Source: Bacillota bacterium
GTDB taxonomy: Bacteria > Bacillota > DTU065
DNA length: 64,000 bases
NCBI GenBank assembly: GCA_018435125.1
Contig: JAHDNZ010000036.1
Location: 31,014-95,013 of the forward strand
Reading direction: 5' to 3'
Shown one piece after another: positions 49,344 to 59,538 of the stretch (positions are counted from its first letter, which is position 1; each line of letters begins with the position of its first letter). The translations under genes were made by a program, and so were the position numbers. The notes below the pieces were generated by a model. The model was not told where the DNA came from, made no database searches, and saw only the letters and a program-made list of their open reading frames with translations.

Positions 49344-50870
49344 CTACTTTAGTAAAAGTGATTTCCCAGTCATCTCAGCCGGTGCCACAAGTTCCATTAG
49401 CTCAAGCAATGTAGGAGCCACATCAGCTAGAACCCCGGTTTTTTCTAGCTTATATTTTTGCCGGCTTACTAAAATCACAGGCACTTCGTTTAAGGTGTGA
49501 GCAGTATAGGGTTCTGCGGTAAAATAATCTACCATCTGCTCACAATTGCCGTGATCAGCGGTAATTAGCACTGTACCATCTTTCTCAAGTACACTAGCTA
49601 CGATCTTACCGACACAGCTATCTACCGTTTCGACAGCTCTTATGGCTGCAAGTAACATCCCGGTATGCCCAACCATATCACCGTTTGCAAAGTTAAGAAT
49701 GATACAGTCATATTTATCGCTTTCAATGGCATCGATAGCTTTGCCGGTTACCTCATAAGCACTCATCTCAGGTTTCATATCATAGGTAGCTACCTTGGGA
49801 GAGGGTACTAAGATGCGATCTTCCAAGGCAAAAGGATTTTCTTCCAAACCATTAAAAAAGAAAGTTACATGAGCATACTTCTCGGTTTCAGCAATCCTTA
49901 GCTGTCTTTTACCGTTTTTAGACAGCCACTCGCCTAAAGTGTTTTTGTTTTCCAGAGGTTTATAAGCAAAAGGAGCGGCTATTTTTTCATCGTAACGAGT
50001 CATACAAAGAAAATTAACAGCTAATCTTTCTCTTTCAAAACCGGCAAAATCTTCGTCTACAAAAGCTCTGGTCAGTTGTCTGGCTCTGTCAAAACGGAAA
50101 TTAAAGAAAATAACTCCATCACCGTTATTGACAACAGCTGTCGGCTTGCCGTCTTTTATTACTACTGTAGGCAGGACAAACTCGTCGGTTACATCTTCGC
50201 GATATGAATTTTCCAAAGCTTCCAGAGCGGAATCAGCCTCTCTCCCAGCTCCCAAAGTAATAGCTTGATAGGCTTTCTGAGTTCTTTCCCAGCGATTATC
50301 CCTATCCATCGCATAATAACGCCCGGAGATAGTGGCAATAGCTCCCACACCTATCTCGCTAAGCTTTTCTTGCAGTTCTAAAAGATATTCTTTAGCCGAG
50401 GCAGGAGGCACATCGCGTCCATCTAAAAAGGCGTGGATATAGACTTTTTTGAGACCTTTTTTCTTGGCCAGTTCAAGTAAAGCATATAAGTGTTTGGTAT
50501 GAGAGTGAACACCACCCGGAGAAACAAGTCCCATTAAATGGAGTGCACTGCCTTGTTTTCCCACCTTATCCATAACTCGAACTATTTCAGGGTTTTTAAA
50601 AAACTCACCCGAATCGACAGCTTTAGAAAGCCTTACCAAGTCTTGATAGACAATGCGACCGGCTCCTAGATTTAGATGGCCTACGTTGGAATCGCCCATC
50701 TGACCTTCCATAATCCCGACAGCTTCGCCACTGGCTTTAAGACTAGCAGTTGGATATTCTAAAGCCAGTCTGTCTAAATTAGGTGTCTTACTTAAAAATA
50801 CCGCGTTACCTTCTTTTTTAGGATTTTGACCCCAGCCATCCATAATTAGCAACATTACTGGTTTAGCCAT
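49344..50870 (-). CDS. gpmI: 2,3-bisphosphoglycerate-independent phosphoglycerate mutase
   Basis: 508 aa. LIMDGWG, catalytic Ser region, metal-binding DGRD and ADHGN motifs. Confidence 0.95.
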   Translation of the reverse strand: MAKPVMLLIMDGWGQNPKKEGNAVFLSKTPNLDRLALEYPTASLKASGEAVGIMEGQMGDSNVGHLNLGAGRIVYQDLVRLSKAVDSGEFFKNPEIVRVMDKVGKQGSALHLMGLVSPGGVHSHTKHLYALLELAKKKGLKKVYIHAFLDGRDVPPASAKEYLLELQEKLSEIGVGAIATISGRYYAMDRDNRWERTQKAYQAITLGAGREADSALEALENSYREDVTDEFVLPTVVIKDGKPTAVVNNGDGVIFFNFRFDRARQLTRAFVDEDFAGFERERLAVNFLCMTRYDEKIAAPFAYKPLENKNTLGEWLSKNGKRQLRIAETEKYAHVTFFFNGLEENPFALEDRILVPSPKVATYDMKPEMSAYEVTGKAIDAIESDKYDCIILNFANGDMVGHTGMLLAAIRAVETVDSCVGKIVASVLEKDGTVLITADHGNCEQMVDYFTAEPYTAHTLNEVPVILVSRQKYKLEKTGVLADVAPTLLELMELVAPAEMTGKSLLLK

Positions 50871-50884
50871 TAATAGACCTCCAA

Positions 50885-51634
50885 TTAGAACTTTACAATT
50901 GCTGTAAAGGAATCAGCCTTTAGACTAGCTCCTCCAACTAAAGCTCCATCGATATCGCTTTGCGTCAAGATTTCATGAGCATTGTCAGGTTTTACGCTCC
51001 CGCCATACTGAATGCGAATCGAATTTGCTTCTAAAGGAGAATACATCTCTTTTACAGTGTTGCGAATTAAAGCAATCACACGATTAGCTTCCGTACTAGT
51101 AGCTGTCTTGCCAGTGCCGATAGCCCATATTGGCTCATAGGCGATGACTATATTCTTTAGCTGATATGGTTCAATACCATCTAAGTCACGGAAAACTTGT
51201 TTTCTTACCAGTGTTTCGGTTTCGCCGGCTTCGCGCTGTTCAAGACTTTCACCTACACAGATTATAGGTTTTAAACCCTTTAATAGTAAAGCTTTTGCTT
51301 TCTTATTGATGAGATCGTCATTTTCGTTAAAATAGCCACGTCTTTCCGAGTGTCCTATAACTACATATTCTACCCCGATATTTTTTAACATCAGTGGCGA
51401 AACTTCACCTGTAAAAGCACCTTCATCTTCAAAATAACAGTTTTGAGCCCCAAGTTTAATATTTGTCCCGGATAGCTCTTTATAAACAGTGTGCAAAGCC
51501 GTAAACGGAGGACAAACAACTATTTCCCGATTGTTTACATCGGCTAGTTTTTCTTTTAGCTCCCGCACTAAAGCTACTGCTTCATCTACGGTCTTGTACA
51601 TTTTCCAGTTGCCAGCGATAATTGGTATGCGCAT
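50885..51634 (-). CDS. tpiA: Triosephosphate isomerase
   Basis: AGNWKM, IGHSERR and AYEPIWAIGTG motifs. Confidence 0.95.
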   Translation of the reverse strand: MRIPIIAGNWKMYKTVDEAVALVRELKEKLADVNNREIVVCPPFTALHTVYKELSGTNIKLGAQNCYFEDEGAFTGEVSPLMLKNIGVEYVVIGHSERRGYFNENDDLINKKAKALLLKGLKPIICVGESLEQREAGETETLVRKQVFRDLDGIEPYQLKNIVIAYEPIWAIGTGKTATSTEANRVIALIRNTVKEMYSPLEANSIRIQYGGSVKPDNAHEILTQSDIDGALVGGASLKADSFTAIVKF

Positions 51635-51684
51635 ATAATCTCCTCCTAAATACCCAGCCAGAAGGTAGCTTCAAACATTCAAAA

Positions 51685-51705
51685 CCCCTCCCCAAACGGG
51701 AGGGG
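51685..51705 (-). other. GC-rich stem-loop between pgk and tpiA
   Basis: CCCCTCCC caaac GGGAGGGG, followed on the minus strand by UUUUGAAUGUUUG. Candidate attenuator or processing/stability element. Confidence 0.4.
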
Positions 51706-51730
51706 TAACCCAGAGAGCTTATTTAGCTAC

Positions 51731-52912
51731 CTACTTGTCTTTTAAGGCTTTTACCCCAGGTAATTCTTTACCTTCTAAAAATTCAAGACTGGCACCGCCG
51801 CCTGTAGAGACATGGGTAACTTTATCGGCAAAACCAAGCTGTTCTACTGCAGCAGCAGAGTCCCCTCCACCGACAATAGTCGTACCACTGCATTCGGATA
51901 GAGCTTTGGCTATGGCTTTGGTTCCTTCGGCAAATGCTTCCCACTCAAATACTCCCATAGGTCCATTCCAGACCACGGTTTTGGCTTTTAAAATTTCCTC
52001 ACTAAAGAGTTTTTGAGTTTTAGGTCCAATATCAAGACCTTCCCAATCAGTTGGAATATTATCGGCAGCCACTACCTTTTTATTGGCATCGGCTGCAAAG
52101 TTATCGGCTATCACTGTATCTAGGGGTAAAAGAAGTTTCACCTTTTGCCTTGCAGCTTTTAATAGCAACTCACTTGCAAGTGATATCTTATCTTCTTCAA
52201 GCAAAGATTTGCCTATCTCATAACCCTTTGCTTTTAAGAAGGTATACGCCATGCCACCACCGATTAAAAGAGTATCTACTTTACCGAGGAGATTTTCAAT
52301 GACACCGATTTTATCGGAAACTTTAGCTCCACCAAGAATGGCCACAAATGGATGCTCGGGGTTTTTTAGGGCATTTCCCATAACTTCAATTTCTTTTTGC
52401 ATCAAAAATCCAGCCACTGAAGGCAAAAATTCAGCCACACCATAGGTGGAAGAATGAGCTCTGTGAGCAGCGCCAAAAGCATCGTTAACAAATATTTCTC
52501 CTAAAGAAGCCAGGTTTTTACTAAATTCGGGATCGTTTTTAGTGTCATTGTAAAAACGCACATTTTCCAGAAGAATAATATCGCCAACTTGCATGGTCTG
52601 TACTTTACCTTCAACCTCAGGACCGACACAGTCATCAAGTTTTTGTACTGGGTGTTCCATAATCTCGCTTAAGCGTTCACCTAAGCGATCAACTTTCATG
52701 TCAGGATCAAAGGCTACCTTTGGGCGACCAAAGTGAGTCATTAAAATAACTTTGGCACCTTTATCAAGAAGATACTGAATTGTCGGCACTGCAGAGCGAA
52801 TCCTGCGATCATCTGTGATCATACCCTTATCATCTACAGGCACGTTAAAATCTACTCTCACTAGGACCCGTTTACCTTTAACATCGATATCTTTAATCGT
52901 CATCTTCTGCAC
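51731..52912 (-). CDS. pgk: Phosphoglycerate kinase
   Basis: Motifs RVDFNVP, GGGA and GGGDS. Start taken as GTG 52912 (GGAGGTGA RBS, 8-nt spacer), alternative ATG 52903. The track's 52942 start contains the RBS within its own coding frame and is rejected. Confidence 0.9.
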   Translation of the reverse strand: MQKMTIKDIDVKGKRVLVRVDFNVPVDDKGMITDDRRIRSAVPTIQYLLDKGAKVILMTHFGRPKVAFDPDMKVDRLGERLSEIMEHPVQKLDDCVGPEVEGKVQTMQVGDIILLENVRFYNDTKNDPEFSKNLASLGEIFVNDAFGAAHRAHSSTYGVAEFLPSVAGFLMQKEIEVMGNALKNPEHPFVAILGGAKVSDKIGVIENLLGKVDTLLIGGGMAYTFLKAKGYEIGKSLLEEDKISLASELLLKAARQKVKLLLPLDTVIADNFAADANKKVVAADNIPTDWEGLDIGPKTQKLFSEEILKAKTVVWNGPMGVFEWEAFAEGTKAIAKALSECSGTTIVGGGDSAAAVEQLGFADKVTHVSTGGGASLEFLEGKELPGVKALKDK

Positions 52913-52933
52913 AGAAATCACCTCCAAAAAAGT

Positions 52934-52966
52934 GGCCCGCAAAAGGTAAGTCCCGGCGGGCCTTTT
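52934..52966 (-). terminator. Intrinsic terminator between gap and pgk
   Basis: GGCCCGC (15-nt loop) GCGGGCC followed on the minus strand by AC-TTTTTT and then immediately the pgk RBS. T8 on the plus side as well. Confidence 0.6.
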
Positions 52967-52984
52967 TTTTAAGACTTACAATTT

Positions 52985-54019
<1,035 letters not shown>

Positions 54020-54081
54020 TCACCTCCTAGAAATAAAGTGTATTGGCATCCTGTGTCTAAAGACACAGGTAAAACCCCAAT

Positions 54082-55116
54082 TCATTCAGCCAGCTTCCTG
54101 GCAACTCCTTCATCGGTAACTAAAATATCGATGGGAGCTAGTTTTAAGAAAGCTTTAATAGCTTCCGCCTTGCTGACTCCGCCACCAACAGCAATGGAGA
54201 TAGCAATGTTTCTTAAATCTTCAAGACGCAACCCTGCAGATGGTGTTGTATGCACAATCCTACCTTCGGCGTCAAAATAGTAACCGAAGGCTTCACCTAC
54301 TGCTTTGGAGTCTTGGATTTTTTTGAGAAATATCGGTTGAAGGCTACGTCTTCCTGCCATCTCCTCAGCAGTTCCGATACCATGCAATAAAATATCGGCA
54401 TGTTTTATCTTGTCAATTACCTCATTTATATAAGAACTTGTTAAAAGTGGTTTTAACAGCTCTTCTTCTAAAACATCCGGTATGTGTAACAACCTGTAAC
54501 TGCCCCCTAAAGATTTAGCCATTTTTGCAGCTACCGTATTGGCCTGTTTTTCAACATCCTCACCTAAGCCTCCCCTGGCAGGAACAACCGTAACAACCTT
54601 CGGCTCTGAAAAAGTGTCCATCGAATCAGCCACCATGGCCATGGTTGTACCACCAGATACTGCCAGAATCATACCGTTTTTTAGCTCTTGTTCCAAAACT
54701 CTGGCTGCAGCAGCAGACATTTCTTTTTTAGCTGTTAGATCTTTATCAGCATCGCCGGAAACAATAATTGTTCTCTTAAGATTATACCTTTGCGCAATTA
54801 GTTTTTCCAAGTTTTCAATACCCTTAATCTTCTCAATATATTCCTTTAATAACCACAGGGTATCGGAACCTTTTTTAGTAGTTATTAAACCCAAAGGTGT
54901 CGTTTGAAGTAAACCTTGTTGTTTCAATTCTTCTACCAGATTTCTTACTGTTCTTTCTCCGGTTAAAAGGTAGTCTGAAAGAGCACGGCGACCTATTGGT
55001 TGTAGAAAATAAATAGCCCTTAAAACACGATAACGCTCATCGAGTAGTTCTTCTAGATTAGGCAGGACTAGTTGTAAAAGTTCAAGCAGCATCTCCACAC
55101 TGTTTTTTTCTGGCAA
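54082..55116 (-). CDS. cggR: Central glycolytic genes regulator CggR (SorC family)
   Basis: N-terminal wHTH, C-terminal sugar-phosphate-binding SorC domain. Canonical position upstream of gap. Confidence 0.85.
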   Translation of the reverse strand: MPEKNSVEMLLELLQLVLPNLEELLDERYRVLRAIYFLQPIGRRALSDYLLTGERTVRNLVEELKQQGLLQTTPLGLITTKKGSDTLWLLKEYIEKIKGIENLEKLIAQRYNLKRTIIVSGDADKDLTAKKEMSAAAARVLEQELKNGMILAVSGGTTMAMVADSMDTFSEPKVVTVVPARGGLGEDVEKQANTVAAKMAKSLGGSYRLLHIPDVLEEELLKPLLTSSYINEVIDKIKHADILLHGIGTAEEMAGRRSLQPIFLKKIQDSKAVGEAFGYYFDAEGRIVHTTPSAGLRLEDLRNIAISIAVGGGVSKAEAIKAFLKLAPIDILVTDEGVARKLAE

Positions 55117-55213
55117 TACTTTTCCACCACCCGAGGGACCAATTATGTCCCACTAGTTATTATTTTGTCCCACCGGCCCCTAAAAGAAACCGGTTTTTAC
55201 CGGCTCCTTTATT

Positions 55214-56167
55214 TTATTCGCTATCAGTTTTATCTGTCCTGCTTAATTGGGAAATTTTTTCAGCCTCTTTTTCAATTTTTTTCAATCGATAACTGACAGC
55301 CGATTTACTTATACCTAGTAACTGGCCAATTTTTAAATAACTTGCATCGAAATTTTGCTTACGTATCTTAGCTACCTCTTGGAAACTTTTTGGCATTTTA
55401 GACAAGATTCCTTGTGCATCTAATGTTTCTATAGCTCTTAGTTGTTTTAGCGAAGCTGTTACGGTCTTATCTATGTTAGCGTCTTCACAATTTACCAAGC
55501 GATTGACATTATTTTTCATCTCTTTTATAATGCGAATATTTTCCATCTCCAAAAGCGATCTGTGAGCTTGAGTCATGGTAAGGAAAACAGCAATCGATTC
55601 ACCGTCTTTAAGATAAAGAAGGTATTCATTGCGTCTTTCAACGAGGCCAAATTTAAGTGGTGGAGCAATTTCATTTAAGTATTCTTGCAAACGTTCAGCA
55701 AAAACCTTATCAGCGATTCTAATCTCCAAATGATAGGTTTTTTCGGGATTTTGCAGTGAACCACTACCTAAAAACAAGCCTCTTAAATAGGAGCGGCGGC
55801 AACATTCTTCCTGTAACTTAGGTACATTTTTATCAAGAATATTCTCAACCACAGTCTGAGAAAAGACACTATCTATTTGTCCAACTTCGCTTCTTATCCG
55901 ATAGAGATTGCGTTTTTTTAATTTAGTTTCTTTCTCGACCACCAGCATTGTTTTGCCTTGGCTTAACTCTTTATATAAAGAAACCACTTTCCTGGCCAAA
56001 GCCGCATTTTCGGTTTTTATTTCTAAGGAAGGACCTTTAGTACTGATATTCAACACTCCTGCAGTCTGAATTAGTCCATACAGTTCGGCTTTTTTACACT
56101 CTTTATGAGATGGTTTTACACGTACCAGCTCACTTTTAACTTTCTGAGAAAAATTCACTAAAGCCAT
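55214..56167 (-). CDS. whiA: DNA-binding protein WhiA
   Basis: 317 aa. LAGLIDADG-like N-terminal domains, C-terminal HTH (ISKSAVSYRLKKI). Confidence 0.9.
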   Translation of the reverse strand: MALVNFSQKVKSELVRVKPSHKECKKAELYGLIQTAGVLNISTKGPSLEIKTENAALARKVVSLYKELSQGKTMLVVEKETKLKKRNLYRIRSEVGQIDSVFSQTVVENILDKNVPKLQEECCRRSYLRGLFLGSGSLQNPEKTYHLEIRIADKVFAERLQEYLNEIAPPLKFGLVERRNEYLLYLKDGESIAVFLTMTQAHRSLLEMENIRIIKEMKNNVNRLVNCEDANIDKTVTASLKQLRAIETLDAQGILSKMPKSFQEVAKIRKQNFDASYLKIGQLLGISKSAVSYRLKKIEKEAEKISQLSRTDKTDSE

Positions 56168-56250
56168 ACTTAATCTCCTTCCTTACTATCTTAACCAGTG
56201 ATAAAATTCTACAACTATAAATAAAAGCCTGCTTAAAACGCAGGCTCGGT

Positions 56251-56796
56251 TTAATCCTTGAAAGACTCAGGGATATTACGTTTGTACCAGATTAAAATTC
56301 TAGGAAAGATTAAAGCTGTAAATAAGATGTTAATAAAAGACTTTAAGAAATTAAAGGGAATAATCGCCGGTACTAAAAGCTTAAGCACAGCATCGCGAGG
56401 CATACCGTAAAAGATAGGATTTAACCAAACATTTAAAAGCGGCATCACTATGGTCATCGCAGTAGCTCCTAAAACCAAACCTCGACGAGCACTTTTAATT
56501 GTACCCTTATAAATAGATGCCGCCACTACAGATAAAATACCTGTTGCTATGATATGCATTATTACTCCAAAGACTGGGTTTAGATTAGCAACAAAAAGCC
56601 CAAGTAAAATGGAGATGGCTACAGTCATACCCATGGCTGCCAGTGGTCCAAAAAGCAGACCTCCAATTAAAATAGGTACATCACCAGGTTCATAGATTAA
56701 AAAAGGGGCTGTTGGAAATGGAATCTTAATCAATAAGGTAAGCACTGCACTAAGCGCAACCAAAACCGACATAACCGCAAGTTTTTGCAATTTCAT
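56251..56796 (-). CDS. ribU: ECF-transporter S component, riboflavin-specific (RibU-like)
   Basis: 181 aa, 5-6 TM helices. EPGDVPILIGGLLFGPLAAMG matches the RibU FSDVPALIGGFLFGPLAG signature. Immediately preceded by an FMN riboswitch. Confidence 0.7.
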   Translation of the reverse strand: MKLQKLAVMSVLVALSAVLTLLIKIPFPTAPFLIYEPGDVPILIGGLLFGPLAAMGMTVAISILLGLFVANLNPVFGVIMHIIATGILSVVAASIYKGTIKSARRGLVLGATAMTIVMPLLNVWLNPIFYGMPRDAVLKLLVPAIIPFNFLKSFINILFTALIFPRILIWYKRNIPESFKD

Positions 56797-56820
56797 TTTT
56801 TAAGACCTCCTAACAGGAAA

Positions 56821-56985
56821 CGCCCTGAAGGAGATCCTTCAGGGCGTAAAAAGCATTTACTTTAATGCCGATCTTTCTATCATCCGGACTTTACCGTCGG
56901 TCCTGGAATTGCACCAGGTCAGCTTGCGCTCGTGGACTTTTACCACCGGCCAGGAATTTCACCTTGCCCTGAAAGATCATTTATG
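56821..56985 (-). promoter_or_regulatory. FMN riboswitch (RFN element) with downstream 11-bp expression-platform hairpin
   Basis: Minus-strand RNA reads GAUCUUUCAGGGCAAGGUGAAAUUCCUGGCCGGUGGUAAAAGUCC...CUGGUGCAAUUCCAGGACCGACGGUAAAGUCCGGAUGAUAGAAAGAUC. P1 is GAUCUUUC/GAAAGAUC (56971-56978 with 56870-56877). The core is near-identical to the B. subtilis ribD RFN consensus (GGGCAGGGUGAAAUUCCCGACCGGCGGUA...GACAGUGAAAGUCUGGAUG). The hairpin CGCCCUGAAGG-aucu-CCUUCAGGGCG (56821-56846) is followed by UUUCCUGUU and then the ribU RBS. Confidence 0.85.
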
Positions 56986-57036
56986 GGGTTTTCCTGTTTT
57001 TTATTATACCTAACTTTACCAAAAAAATCAATCTAA

Positions 57037-58386
57037 CTAACGTCTTTTTAACTGTTTTACCTGTCTGGGACGTTGTTTAAAAGTCACATTGGCAAGGACA
57101 CTCATTATCGCAGAAGCGAGCTTGCCTGGATCGTGTCTGGCCAGATCATTGCTGTTTGCCAGTTCTTTGGCTATAACCTTAACTCCAAATGCTTCCAGTT
57201 TTTTGTTATCAACCGCAACTGGGGCAGCGCCTTGTCTTTCATAACGTTCCAAAATTGTGCGGTCAAAATCGCCAATATTGACAAGCACATAATCTATAAG
57301 CCTTTGAGGCTCTATATGTCTGAGGATTGTTTTGAGGTGATCGCTTGCCGAATAACCTGTGGTTTCTCCTGGCTCTGTCATCACATTAACTACATATATT
57401 ACCGGAACATTGTTTCTTTCAATAGCCTCAACAATACCCGGAACAAGGAGATTAGGCATAATTGATGTATAAAGGCTACCCGGGCCCAAAACAATGAGAT
57501 CTGCCTTTATAATGGCCTTAATGGCTGATGGATTAGGCTTGCAGTTAGGAGGTTCTAACTCCACTTTATGAATTTTTTCACCTTGCGACGAAATAGCTGA
57601 TTCGCCAAGAACTTCTGTGCCGTTTTCATAGATGGCTTTGAGGTTGATATTATTTAACGTTGAGGCCATTACCTGTCCTCTGACTTTTAAGACGCGGCTA
57701 AATTCCTGTACAGCTGTTTCAAAGTCTCCTGTAACCTCACTCATGGCTAAAATAAAGAGATTGCCAAAATTATGGCCTTCTAAACCTGCTCCACCAGTGA
57801 AGCGATAATCAAAAAGTGCATTCATTAAAGGTTCTGTGTCAGCTAATGCCAATAGACAGTTTCTTATATCTCCAGGCGGAACAAGGCCCCACTCGCGACG
57901 AATTCGCCCTGAAGAGCCACCATCATCAGCAGCTGTAACAATTGCAGTCAGATTGCTAGTATAGTTTTTTAAACCTCTAAGTAGGGCTGAAAGACCGGTT
58001 CCACCACCTATAACCACAATCTCAGGTCCTTGAGAGAGAAGCCTTCTTTTGTATAGCCCGTCAGCCATTTCGCCTAAATCAGCTTTTGTCATGGTCCCAA
58101 AAAGATGATTGATTGCTTTTTGAACCCCCAGCATAACTAAAAAAAGTCCACTTGCAAATAAGACAATAGCTAAAATATAGGAAATAAAAGGTGGTATTAA
58201 TAAAGCCAACTTACTCATTAGATAGCCAGAATAATCTTTAGGCAAAGACATTGAAGCAAGGAGAACAAGCATTGCTAAAGCAACGCTAGCCATGATTACA
58301 CCAAAAGCGCTAAGAATTATATAGCGTTTTACTCTAATCCCTGGATAAAACCAGCGTAAAAGTTTGTGCTTTGCCTTTTTATCCAT
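57037..58386 (-). CDS. yvcK: Gluconeogenesis factor YvcK (CofD-like) with an about 115-aa N-terminal membrane extension
   Basis: Core IVVIGGGTGLS...DGGSSGRIRRE motifs. Two to three N-terminal TM helices. Start ATG 58386 (GGAGTGA RBS) overlaps the rapZ stop as ATGGATAA. The track's 58422 start is rejected. Confidence 0.85.
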   Translation of the reverse strand: MDKKAKHKLLRWFYPGIRVKRYIILSAFGVIMASVALAMLVLLASMSLPKDYSGYLMSKLALLIPPFISYILAIVLFASGLFLVMLGVQKAINHLFGTMTKADLGEMADGLYKRRLLSQGPEIVVIGGGTGLSALLRGLKNYTSNLTAIVTAADDGGSSGRIRREWGLVPPGDIRNCLLALADTEPLMNALFDYRFTGGAGLEGHNFGNLFILAMSEVTGDFETAVQEFSRVLKVRGQVMASTLNNINLKAIYENGTEVLGESAISSQGEKIHKVELEPPNCKPNPSAIKAIIKADLIVLGPGSLYTSIMPNLLVPGIVEAIERNNVPVIYVVNVMTEPGETTGYSASDHLKTILRHIEPQRLIDYVLVNIGDFDRTILERYERQGAAPVAVDNKKLEAFGVKVIAKELANSNDLARHDPGKLASAIMSVLANVTFKQRPRQVKQLKRR

Positions 58387-59257
58387 TATCATCACTCCGA
58401 CTGGCAACATCTCTGTGTTCAACTACAGAATTATATCCTCTTTGCCTTAGAGAAACACCTAACCAGTCAGCAACAGAAACAGACCTATGTTTACCTCCCG
58501 TGCAACCGATAGCAATGCTAAGTTGGGCTTTACCTTCCTTGATGTAATAAGGTATTAAAAATAGGAGAAAGTTATTTAACTTATTCATGAATGTATTAGT
58601 GATGGGATATTTTACTAGATAATCCTTAATAATCTGCTCAGAACCAATATGGTTCCTTAATTCATCTATCCAATAAGGATTGGGTAAAAATCTCACATCA
58701 AAAACTAAATCTGCATCCAGAGGGAGACCATGTTTATATCCAAAGGAGATAATATTGATAAGCATCCGATCTTTCTCATCCTGTTCTAGCCATTTAGCTA
58801 GGACATTTTTAAACTCACTAATCCCTAAAGAAGATGTATCAATGATCTTGTTGGCTTTGCTTTTAATCTCTTGCAGTTTCTTTTTTTCCAGTTCTAATCC
58901 CTCTAGGATTCCTCCTTCAAGGCTAAGAGGGTGACGTCTGCGACTTTCTTTATAACGCCTAACCAACACTTCATCGCTGGCTTCTAGAAATAGAATTTCG
59001 TAACCAAAGCCCATTTCCTCGAGGGTTTGTAAAGCCTTGGCCAAATGATCGAAAAACTGGCCTCCGCGTACATCGCTAACCAAGGCTACTTTATTAATAT
59101 TGCCATTTGCTTGAGCTACTATTTCTGCAAACTTAGGGATTAATAGAGGTGGCAAGTTATCAACACAAAAATAGCCAAAGTCTTCTAAAACTTTAGCAGT
59201 TAACGATTTACCCGCGCCAGATAAACCTGTTACAATAATAAAATTTTTGCTCTCCAA
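58379..59257 (-). CDS. rapZ: RNase adapter protein RapZ (YvcJ)
   Basis: Walker A TGLSGAGKS at the N-terminus when started from TTG 59257 (AGGAGGG RBS, 6-nt spacer). The ATG at 59302 would add 15 residues with no RBS. Confidence 0.85.
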   Translation of the reverse strand: MESKNFIIVTGLSGAGKSLTAKVLEDFGYFCVDNLPPLLIPKFAEIVAQANGNINKVALVSDVRGGQFFDHLAKALQTLEEMGFGYEILFLEASDEVLVRRYKESRRRHPLSLEGGILEGLELEKKKLQEIKSKANKIIDTSSLGISEFKNVLAKWLEQDEKDRMLINIISFGYKHGLPLDADLVFDVRFLPNPYWIDELRNHIGSEQIIKDYLVKYPITNTFMNKLNNFLLFLIPYYIKEGKAQLSIAIGCTGGKHRSVSVADWLGVSLRQRGYNSVVEHRDVASRSDDNG

Positions 59258-59538
59258 CTTAATCCCTCCTCGTAGCCAAAAAGCTGTCCTTAACTTTACC
59301 ATATGCCAAAAGTCATATAAGGTGCTAAATCACTCCGTCTGTTTTTAACTTCTAAGAGTAATCTCATTGATTTTGAATTTTTAAGGTTTTTTTACTGTTT
59401 GTCCAGTCTAGAAATGCTACCCTAATCTATTTGAATGCTCAGTGAAGATGTTAAAATAAACTCTGCTTAAGCTGTTTATAGCATCTTTGGCTGTCTTAGT
59501 TTACAGATTAAAAAACTTATGGTTAAGACTAGCTTAGC

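Noticed and set aside
52913-52942. Longer pgk start (MRATFLEV...) from the ORF track; likewise the metK GTG at 25396, def at 21850, spo0A at 18368, yicC at 29023, yvcK at 58422 and rapZ at 59302
   Set aside because: In each case the extended frame contains the Shine-Dalgarno sequence of a downstream in-frame start, and that downstream start gives the canonical protein N-terminus.
56870-56978. Two roughly 40-nt tandem units GGTG(A/C)AATTCC..GG.CCG..GGTAAA(A)GTCC that looked like a direct repeat, with a possible cobalamin riboswitch (GGTGAAATTCC resembles the B12 element start)
   Set aside because: The units are the two pseudo-symmetric halves of the FMN (RFN) aptamer. The flanking P1, GGGCA(A/G)GG and GACAGT/GACGGT-AAAGTC-GGATG segments match the RFN consensus, and no GCCACTG or B12 box is present.
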